From: an uncultured Verrucomicrobiae bacterium
GTDB taxonomy: Bacteria > Verrucomicrobiota > Verrucomicrobiia > Chthoniobacterales > JAATET01
Direction of reading: 5' to 3'
DNA: 64,000 nt
Assembly (NCBI GenBank): GCA_963719495.1
Contig: CAVRCI010000004.1
Location: forward strand, 1-64,000
A model generated the notes under the pieces. The model searched no databases. It was not told the DNA's origin and saw only the letters and a program-made list of their open reading frames with translations. The stretch's first letter is position 1. Every line of letters begins with the position of its first letter. Below, piece after piece: positions 56,760 through 64,000 of the stretch. The position numbers were made by a program, and so were the translations under genes.

Positions 56760-57830
56760 ATGCGAGTGGGTTTGGTGCGGCGGGGGTATTCCGCGACGGG
56801 TGGGGCGGAGAGTTATTTGATTCGGTTGGCGGTGGGTTTGGCCGCGGCGGGACACGTGCCGGTGTTGATCGGGTCGGAGGATTGGCCGGCGGATCGGTGG
56901 CCGAATACTGAGATTGTGCGGGTGGGCGGTCGGTCACCGATGGCGTTTGCTCGGGGGGTGCAGCGGGCCGATGCGGGGTGTGAGGTGGTGCTGAGTTTGG
57001 AGCGGATTTTGGGGTGCGATGTTTACCGGGCGGGGGACGGGGTGCACCGGGCTTGGTTGGAGCGGCGCGCGGAATTCGAATCGGGGTGGCGGCGGCTGGG
57101 GCGGGTTTTTAACGGGAAACACCGCGCCTTGGCGGCGCTCGAGGCCCGGGTGCTGGATCCGGGGCGGACGCGGGTGGTGATCGCGAACTCGGAGATGGTG
57201 CGAAGCGAGATCAGGCGGACTTATTCGTTTCCCGAGGATCGGATCGTGGTCGTTCGGAATGGAATCGATCCGGTGGCGGTGTCGGCTGGGGCGCGGGCTC
57301 GGTTGCGAGCGGAGTGGGGGGTGGGTGACGGGGAATTGGTGGTGTTGTTCGTAGGGAGTGGCTGGGAGCGGAAGGGGCTGCGGTGTGCGGTGGAGGCTGC
57401 GCGGCAGTTGGCGGGTGCGACTTTGGTGGTTGCGGGGAAGGGGGACTCGCGGGGCTTGGAGGGGCCGCGGGTGCGGTTTCTCGGGCCGGTGGCGGATGTG
57501 GCGAGCTTGCACGCGGCGGCGGACGTTTTTGTGCTGCCGACAATTTATGACCCGGCTTCGAACGCCTGTCTGGAGGCGCTGGCGGGTGGTTTGCCGGTGG
57601 TGACGACGAACGCGAACGGGGCTGCGGAGATCATGACCGAGAACGTGCACGGATCGACCGTGCGGGTGGGGGACGTGGACGGGATTTATCGCGCGCTCTT
57701 CTACTGGTCGGACGCTGGGCGGCGGGCGGCGGCGCGGGTGGATTGCCGGGCCTTGGCGGCGGAGTGGCCGGTGGCGCGGAACGTGGCGGAGACCTTGCGG
57801 GTGCTGGTGGGGGTGGCTGGGGGGGAGTGA
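56760..57830 (+). CDS. Glycosyltransferase family 4 (WaaG/RfaG-like)
   Basis: GGAESY, RAGDGVH, GSGWERKGL, PTIYDPASNACLEALAGGLPV. Confidence 0.9.
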   Translation: MRVGLVRRGYSATGGAESYLIRLAVGLAAAGHVPVLIGSEDWPADRWPNTEIVRVGGRSPMAFARGVQRADAGCEVVLSLERILGCDVYRAGDGVHRAWLERRAEFESGWRRLGRVFNGKHRALAALEARVLDPGRTRVVIANSEMVRSEIRRTYSFPEDRIVVVRNGIDPVAVSAGARARLRAEWGVGDGELVVLFVGSGWERKGLRCAVEAARQLAGATLVVAGKGDSRGLEGPRVRFLGPVADVASLHAAADVFVLPTIYDPASNACLEALAGGLPVVTTNANGAAEIMTENVHGSTVRVGDVDGIYRALFYWSDAGRRAAARVDCRALAAEWPVARNVAETLRVLVGVAGGE

Positions 57831-57967
57831 TCCGCTTCGCGGATTTGGGTTGGGTCGGCGAGTGGGAAGTCGGCGCTCCTTGAGCGGGTTCGGCTCCCCG
57901 GCTGCGCCGATGTTGCCGGGCGCCGCGGCGGGACGCCGCAGCTCGCACGCGGGACGCGTGCGCTCCC

Positions 57968-59509
57968 CTAGTGAGTGCTGGCTTTTTCGGAGCCCAGGCC
58001 GGTGTTGGCCCTTACTTGGAACTCGGCGAATTGGGCCTCGGCGCTTGGCTCGCGGGTGACGAGGGTGCCGATGATGGCGGCGATGAAGCCGAGTGGGATG
58101 CTGACCAGGGCGGGATTTTTTAGCGGGTAGAGCGCGTTTTCTCCGAGGAAGTAGGGGCTCACGAGGATGAGAGCGATGGAGCTGATGAGGCCAACCGAGA
58201 GGCCGGCGACGGCGCCGGGAGTGTTGAACCGTTTCCAGAAGATGGAGAAGACGATGACCGGGAGATTCGCGCTGGCGGCGACGGCGAAGGCGAGGCCGAC
58301 GAGGAAGGCGACGTTGACCCGGGGGCCGAGCAGGATGGCGATGATGATGGCGAGCGCTCCGACGACGAAAGCGGTGATGCGGGCAACTCGGACTTCCTCG
58401 CCCGGACGATGCTCCTTACCCTGGTGCAGGACGTTGGTGTAGAAATCGTGGGCGAAGCTGGTGGACGCGCTGATCGTGAGACCGGCGACGACGGCGAGGA
58501 TGGTGGCGAAGGCGACGGCGCAGATGAACGCGAAGAACATTTCGCCGCCAAGCGCTTTGGCGAGCAGCGGGGCGGCCATGTTGTTGCCGCCGTTGTCGCG
58601 GATGAAATCGGGTCCTAGTAGACTGGCTGCTCCGAAGCCGAAGAATGTCGTCATGATGTAGAAGAGACCGATGATCACCATGGCCCAGACGACGGAGGAG
58701 CGGGCGGTTTTTGCGTCGGGGACGGTGTAGAATCGGATGAGGATGTGCGGCAGGCCGGCGGTGCCGAGAACGAGCGCCATGCCGAGCGAGATTTGATCCC
58801 ACGGGTTCGTGAAGAGCAGGTTGGGGGTCAGGAAATTCCGGGTCTGCGTGGTTCCGTCGGCGGCGGTCGAGCTGATCGCCGTGAGCGAGGCGAAGAATTC
58901 GCCGAGGCTGAAGTGGAATTTCTGCATCACCAGAAAGCTGAGAAACGCGCTGCCGGTGAGCAGCAGGACGGCTTTGATGATTTGCACCCAGGTCGTGGCC
59001 AGCATTCCGCCGAAGACGACGTAGACGACCATGAGGATGCCGACGCCGACGACGGTCACTTCGTAGCTGACGCCCGGGATGAGGAGGGTGACGAGCGCGC
59101 CGGCGCCGACCATCTGGGCGATCATGTAGAAAATGGAAACCGTGAGCGTGCTCAGCGACGCGAGCGCGCGAACCGGGCGGGGCCGGAGGCGGTAGGCCAG
59201 GATGTCGGCCATGGTGTATTTGCCGGCGTTGCGGAGCGGCTCGGCGACGATGAGCAGGACGGTGAGGTAGGCGACGAGGAACCCGACGGAATACATGAAG
59301 CCGTCGTAGCCATCGAAGGCGATCATTCCCGCGATGCCGAGGAAACTGGCGGCGCTCATGTAATCACCGGCGACGGCGAGGCCATTCTGCCAACCGGTGA
59401 TCCGGCGTCCGGCGGCGAAGTAGGCGCTGGAGCCGGTCGACTTCCGGGCGCTGAAATACGTGATGACGAGAGTGGCCGCCACGAAGGCGAGGAACATCCA
59501 GAGAGACAT
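57968..59509 (-). CDS. actP: Cation/acetate symporter (SSS family)
   Basis: NGLAVAGDYMSAASFLG, AEPLRNAGKYT, GTAGLPHILIRFYTVP. Confidence 0.9.
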   Translation of the reverse strand: MSLWMFLAFVAATLVITYFSARKSTGSSAYFAAGRRITGWQNGLAVAGDYMSAASFLGIAGMIAFDGYDGFMYSVGFLVAYLTVLLIVAEPLRNAGKYTMADILAYRLRPRPVRALASLSTLTVSIFYMIAQMVGAGALVTLLIPGVSYEVTVVGVGILMVVYVVFGGMLATTWVQIIKAVLLLTGSAFLSFLVMQKFHFSLGEFFASLTAISSTAADGTTQTRNFLTPNLLFTNPWDQISLGMALVLGTAGLPHILIRFYTVPDAKTARSSVVWAMVIIGLFYIMTTFFGFGAASLLGPDFIRDNGGNNMAAPLLAKALGGEMFFAFICAVAFATILAVVAGLTISASTSFAHDFYTNVLHQGKEHRPGEEVRVARITAFVVGALAIIIAILLGPRVNVAFLVGLAFAVAASANLPVIVFSIFWKRFNTPGAVAGLSVGLISSIALILVSPYFLGENALYPLKNPALVSIPLGFIAAIIGTLVTREPSAEAQFAEFQVRANTGLGSEKASTH

Positions 59510-59566
59510 GGGGGGAGGGGGGGAGTGGCGTGATTGGTGACTGGTGAATGGTGATTGGTGGGATGC

Positions 59567-59902
59567 TTAGCGCTGGCCGAATTTTGCGAGGATTTGGGCG
59601 GCTTTGGCGTCCCAGCCTTTGGCGGCGGCTACGTAGATGAAGGCCAGGATCCAGGCCATCACGAATTGCGAGAGGGCGAAGAGGTAGGCGGCGTTGACGT
59701 CGCCCCAGACGGGGCGGCTCATCATTTCGGGGAACCAGCCGACGAGGATCGGGAGGGTGAAGTAGTAGACGATGAAAAAGATCGTGGCGGGGACGATGAA
59801 GGCGGCTTTCCGCTTGAGGAGGGCGCGGAAGTCGGGGTCGGCTTCGATGGCGGTCCAGTCCGGTTGCGGCGCGGCGGTCGGGGTGTCTTGGGGGGACGAC
59901 AT
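59567..59902 (-). CDS. DUF485 membrane protein (YjcH-like)
   Basis: DPDFRALLKRK, two TM helices, SQFVMAW; upstream of actP; ATG 59902. Confidence 0.88.
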   Translation of the reverse strand: MSSPQDTPTAAPQPDWTAIEADPDFRALLKRKAAFIVPATIFFIVYYFTLPILVGWFPEMMSRPVWGDVNAAYLFALSQFVMAWILAFIYVAAAKGWDAKAAQILAKFGQR

Positions 59903-60107
59903 TCGCGGACGGTAGGGGGCGGGGTGGGGGGTGTCGAGATTTGTGGTTTGGGAAGTGTCGGCTTTGCCGAGGTAGGGACGGCTTTCGACCTGGAAGGTCG
60001 AAAGTGCGACCTGGAAGGTCGCGGTCCCCATGCGGTTCCCATGCGGCTTGCGCCGTTTGGGTTCCCGCTTTACCGTCCTCCTCTCAAACCAACACTACTC
60101 ATTTATT

Positions 60108-60728
60108 ATGGCTTACGAAGTTCCTGAACTCACCTACCCAACCAACGCGCTCGAACCCCACATCGACGCGAAAACGATGGAAATCCATCACGACAAACAC
60201 CACGCGGCTTACGTCTCGAAACTCAACGGCGCGCTCGAGGGCACGGACCTCGCGGACAAGTGCGTGAATGACGTGATCGCGGACCTTTCGGCGGTCCCGG
60301 AGGCCAAGCGCACGGCGGTTCGCAACAACGGAGGTGGGCACAGCAACCACACGTTCTTCTGGACCATTCTTGGGCCGAACGCGGGTGGCGAGCCGACCGG
60401 GAAACTGGGTGAGGCAATCGCGGCCAAGTTCGGCAGCTTTTCGGACTTCAAGGAGAAGTTCGAGGCGGCGGGCGCGGGTCAGTTCGGCAGTGGCTGGGCT
60501 TGGTTGATCGTCAAGGACGGCGAGCTCGAGGTGACTTCGACCGCGAATCAGGACAGTCCGCTGATGAAGGGTGTCGTCGACAAGGTCGGGACTCCGGTGA
60601 TCGGGGTGGACGTGTGGGAACACGCCTACTACCTGAATTATCAGAACCGGCGGCCGGATTACTTGAAGGCGTTCTGGAACGTCGTGGATTGGTCGAAGGC
60701 TGAGGCGAATTTCGCCGCGGCTGCGTAG
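60108..60728 (+). CDS. sodA: Superoxide dismutase (Mn-type signature)
   Basis: [34 protein letters not shown]. Confidence 0.94.
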   Translation: MAYEVPELTYPTNALEPHIDAKTMEIHHDKHHAAYVSKLNGALEGTDLADKCVNDVIADLSAVPEAKRTAVRNNGGGHSNHTFFWTILGPNAGGEPTGKLGEAIAAKFGSFSDFKEKFEAAGAGQFGSGWAWLIVKDGELEVTSTANQDSPLMKGVVDKVGTPVIGVDVWEHAYYLNYQNRRPDYLKAFWNVVDWSKAEANFAAAA

Positions 60729-61072
60729 GTTGCGGCGCTGAGCTGGCAGCCTTCGCGGCTGCGGGCTCGGCCCTCCCCCAATCTGTCATGTTGAGCGGAG
60801 CGAAACATCTCTGGCTTCTCAGGCGTGCGGCGTCGGATGCGGTGTAAGTCAGAGATTGCCGTTTTTGCTCAGAGTAAGACGTGAACGGCTGTCGCTGGCT
60901 CTTCGCTTCGCTCAGGATGACAGGGGGGAGGAAGGCGAGGCGAGGCCTCGATTTTCAAATCCGCGCTCCGAATTTTTCGGGGTGCGGATTTCTTTTTTTG
61001 CGATTTTCAATCGTTGGGTTGGTTCGGCGATTGCAAATCGCCGCTCCTTGACGGCACGCTCATCCGCTCTTT

Positions 61073-62314
61073 ATGGCTGAACTGAATTCTCACTATCTGA
61101 AACTGAAGGCGGGGTATCTTTTCCCGGAGATCTCGCGACGGGTGAAAGCTTTCTCGGACGCGAATCCGGACGTGCCGGGTCGGTTGATCCGTTGCGGGAT
61201 CGGGGACGTGACGGAGCCGATTCCCCTGGCGGCTCGGGAGGCGATGCACGCGGCGGTGGACGATCTGGGGCAGTCGGAGACGTTTCATGGTTACGGGCCG
61301 GAGCAGGGGTATGAATTTTTGCGGTCGGCGATCGCGGAGAACGATTATCGGTCGCGGGGAATCGAGGTCGCGGATGACGAGGTGTTCGTTTCGGATGGGT
61401 CGAAGTGCGATTGCGGGAACATTCTCGATGTCTTCGGCGGCGGGAACCGGATCGCGGTGATGGATCCGGTGTATCCGGTTTACGTCGATACGAACGTGAT
61501 GGCGGGGCACACGGGCGAGGCGGACGCGGATGGACGGTTCGAGGGATTGGTTTATTTGCCCTGCACGGCGGAGAATGATTTTGTTCCGGCGATTCCGGAG
61601 GAGCGGGTCGATCTGATTTACCTTTGCTATCCGAACAATCCGACGGGGACGGCGGTGACCCGGGATCAGCTGGCGAAGTGGGTGGAATACGCGCTGGCGA
61701 ACGACGCGATCATTTTGTTCGACGCGGCTTACGAGGCCTACATCACGGAAGAGGACGTGCCTCGGTCGATCTACGAGATCGAGGGGGCGCGGAAGTGCGC
61801 GATCGAGTTCCGGAGTTTTTCGAAGAACGGTGGGTTCACGGGGGTGCGGTGTGCGTTCACCGTTGTGCCGAAGGAGCTGGAGTGCTCGACCGATACGGGC
61901 GAGCGGCGGTCGCTGCATCCACTGTGGAATCGGCGGTTCAGCACGAAGTTCAATGGGGTGAGTTATGTGACGCAGCGGGGAGCGGCGGCGCTTTACTCCG
62001 AGGACGGGAAGGCGCAGGTCGCGGCTTTGGTCGATCACTACATGGGGAACGCGGCGATCCTGAAGGATGCGATGGAGGCTTGCGGGTTGCGGGTTTTCGG
62101 CGGGACGAACGCGCCTTACATCTGGGTGACGGGTCCGGCGGGGCGGACGAGCTGGGAGATGTTCGACAAGATTCTCGGCGAGGCGAACGTGGTGGTGACT
62201 CCGGGCAGCGGCTTCGGGCTGGCGGGCGAGGGGTATTTCCGGATCTCGGCGTTCAACAGCCGGGCGAACGTCGAGGAAGTCGCTCGGCGGCTGCGGGCGT
62301 TGGATTGGGGATGA
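61073..62314 (+). CDS. dapL: LL-diaminopimelate aminotransferase
   Basis: [51 protein letters not shown]. Confidence 0.95.
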   Translation: MAELNSHYLKLKAGYLFPEISRRVKAFSDANPDVPGRLIRCGIGDVTEPIPLAAREAMHAAVDDLGQSETFHGYGPEQGYEFLRSAIAENDYRSRGIEVADDEVFVSDGSKCDCGNILDVFGGGNRIAVMDPVYPVYVDTNVMAGHTGEADADGRFEGLVYLPCTAENDFVPAIPEERVDLIYLCYPNNPTGTAVTRDQLAKWVEYALANDAIILFDAAYEAYITEEDVPRSIYEIEGARKCAIEFRSFSKNGGFTGVRCAFTVVPKELECSTDTGERRSLHPLWNRRFSTKFNGVSYVTQRGAAALYSEDGKAQVAALVDHYMGNAAILKDAMEACGLRVFGGTNAPYIWVTGPAGRTSWEMFDKILGEANVVVTPGSGFGLAGEGYFRISAFNSRANVEEVARRLRALDWG

Positions 62315-62317
62315 TTT

Positions 62318-62445
62318 TTCTCACGCGAAGCCGCGAAGCCGCGAAGGAATACCAATACAGATTCTCACGCAGAGACGCAGAGGCGCAGAGAAATGACGCG
62401 ATACCGCGTCTGAATTTTTCGCGGCTTCGCGGCTTCGCGTGAGAA
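62318..62445. repeat. Perfect 28-bp inverted repeat element
   Basis: ttctcacgcgaagccgcgaagccgcgaa (62318-62345) / ttcgcggcttcgcggcttcgcgtgagaa (62418-62445). Confidence 0.92.
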
Positions 62446-63653
62446 CCTCAGGGGCTTTTACCGTCCCGCTCTTTCGGGCGTTGTGGTCGGCGGCGTTGGT
62501 CTCGAATTTCGGGACTTTGATGCACGCGACGGCGGCGGCTTGGTTGATGACGACGTTGACTTCGTCGCCGTTGCTGGTTGCGCTGGTGCAGACGGCGGCG
62601 ACGGCTCCGGCTTTGCTCGTGGGGCTGGCGGGTGGGGTGCTGGCCGACACGTTGGATCGGCGGGTTTGGCTGATCCTGATGCAGGTTTGGATGATGTTGG
62701 TGACCGCGGCGCTGGGGTTACTGACCGTCTTTGGGATGGTGAATCCTGCGATTTTGCTGGGGCTGACGTTTTTGCTGGGGGTCGGGATGGCGCTGAATCT
62801 GCCTTCGTGGCAGGCGCTGGTGCAGGACGTGGTGGCCCGGGAGCAGGTGGCTTCGGCGGTTTCGCTGAACAGCATCAGTTTCAATCTCGCGCGGAGCGTG
62901 GGGCCGGCGGTGGGGGGATGGCTGACGGGGGCGTTCGGGGCTGGGGTGGTGTTTTTGCTGAACGCGGGCTCGTTTCTCGGGACGGTGGGGGTGTTGGCGG
63001 CCTGGCGGCGTCCTCGCCCGGAGCGGAAGGCTCGGCGGTCGTTGCGGTCGGTTTTTGCGGAGGGTGGACGGTTCGTTTGGTCGGACCGGCGGGTGCGGTC
63101 GGCGATGGCTCGGGCGGCTTTGTTTGTGCTGTGCGCGAGTTCGGTGGGGGCTCTGTTGCCGCTGTTTGTGCGGGATGAATTGGGTTTGCCGGTGGCGGGT
63201 TACGGGACGCTGCTCGCGCTTTACGGCGGAGGGTCCGTGGTGGGCGCGCTGGCTCTGGCGCGATTGCGGACTTGGTTCAGCGTGGAACGGATCGTGGGGG
63301 TTGCGAATTTGATCTACGCGGGGACGATCCTCGGGCTCGCGGCGGCTCCGAACGAATGGCTGGCTGGGGTGGCGATGGTGGTCGCGGGGGTTTGCTGGAC
63401 CGGGATGTTGGTGAATCTCAACGTGACCGTGCAGATGGCGGCTCCCGAGGCGGTGCGGGGGCGGGCGATGTCGTTTTACCTGCTGACGTTTCAGGGGTCG
63501 TTCGCCGTCGGGAGCGCGGTGGCCGGAGGGCTGGCGGGAGTGGTGGGATTGCGCGGGGCGCTGGTGGTTTGCGCCTGCGGGATGGTGGCGGGGTGGGCGG
63601 TGCGGGGGTGGTTGCCGCTGGGGGAGGGCGTTTGCGTGATTGGTGAGGGGTGA
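62439..63653 (+). CDS. MFS transporter (MFS_3/DHA3-like)
   Basis: FRALW..LVSNFG, GVLADTLDRR, FNLARSVGPA, RGRAMS; about 12 TM segments. Confidence 0.88.
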   Translation: MRTSGAFTVPLFRALWSAALVSNFGTLMHATAAAWLMTTLTSSPLLVALVQTAATAPALLVGLAGGVLADTLDRRVWLILMQVWMMLVTAALGLLTVFGMVNPAILLGLTFLLGVGMALNLPSWQALVQDVVAREQVASAVSLNSISFNLARSVGPAVGGWLTGAFGAGVVFLLNAGSFLGTVGVLAAWRRPRPERKARRSLRSVFAEGGRFVWSDRRVRSAMARAALFVLCASSVGALLPLFVRDELGLPVAGYGTLLALYGGGSVVGALALARLRTWFSVERIVGVANLIYAGTILGLAAAPNEWLAGVAMVVAGVCWTGMLVNLNVTVQMAAPEAVRGRAMSFYLLTFQGSFAVGSAVAGGLAGVVGLRGALVVCACGMVAGWAVRGWLPLGEGVCVIGEG

Positions 63654-63692
63654 ATGGTGATTGGTGGGGATGCGGCTGCTTCGCAGTCCCAA

Positions 63693-64000
63693 TCAGATCA
63701 TCGACTCGACGTAGCGTTTTACCGCGTCTTGCCAGGGTGGGGGGGTGATGCCGGTGGTTTTTTCGAATTTTTCCGTGCTGAGGACGGTGTAGGGGGGGCG
63801 TTCGGCGATGAACGCCTTCAAGTCCGTGAGTTTTTGGGGGCGGACGGTCGTTGTCTTTAAATGGGCTCCGGCTTGTTGGGCGCATTGGAGGGCGTGTTCG
63901 CCGTATTCCTGCCAGGTGCAGGACCCTCCGTTGCAGAGGTGGTAGAGGCCGGGGGGGGCGTCGACTTCGAGGAGGGCTTCGAGCCAGGTGGCCAGGTCGT
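63693..64000 (-). CDS. rfbD: dTDP-4-dehydrorhamnose reductase, 3' part only (absent from the ORF track)
   Basis: Hand translation: DLATWLEALLEVDAPPGLYHLCNGGSCTWQEYG…AERPPYTVLSTEKFEKTTGITPPPWQDAVKRYVESMI*. Confidence 0.8.
   Translation of the reverse strand, partial: DLATWLEALLEVDAPPGLYHLCNGGSCTWQEYGEHALQCAQQAGAHLKTTTVRPQKLTDLKAFIAERPPYTVLSTEKFEKTTGITPPPWQDAVKRYVESMI

Noticed and set aside
63730..63960. Frameshifts at G-runs in rfbD
   Set aside because: Counting the runs (7, 7 and 8 G) keeps the frame open to TGA at 63693.

Overview
High-GC bacterial chromosomal segment with a strong G-rich + strand. Gene content (dapL, eukaryote/archaeal-type proS, abundant REP-like and heptamer repeats) suggests Verrucomicrobiota or another PVC lineage; this is an inference. 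It carries tRNA-Cys, an Lhr-like helicase, several Na+-coupled transporters, pfkA, a circularly permuted ATP-grasp/alpha-E + transglutaminase + DUF2126 cluster, and a C-rich patch with pseudogenes, an IS481 remnant and sbtAB. Further along are proS, a radical SAM + DUF4130-UdgX pair, sucAB, a full mrp/mnh operon downstream of NhaR-like LysR, a bacterial voltage-gated Na+ channel and a DUF1504 antiporter, LPS glycosyltransferases, actP/yjcH, sodA, dapL, an MFS transporter and the 3' end of rfbD. The most notable signals are: a palindrome-(GAAC)n-palindrome non-coding element near tRNA-Cys; the candidate Na+/alkali regulon; an apparently catalytically degenerate ATP-grasp; heptamer repeats written in frame into proteins; and one in-frame TAG in a lipoprotein hydrolase. 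All family assignments come from motif recognition only; no searches were run.
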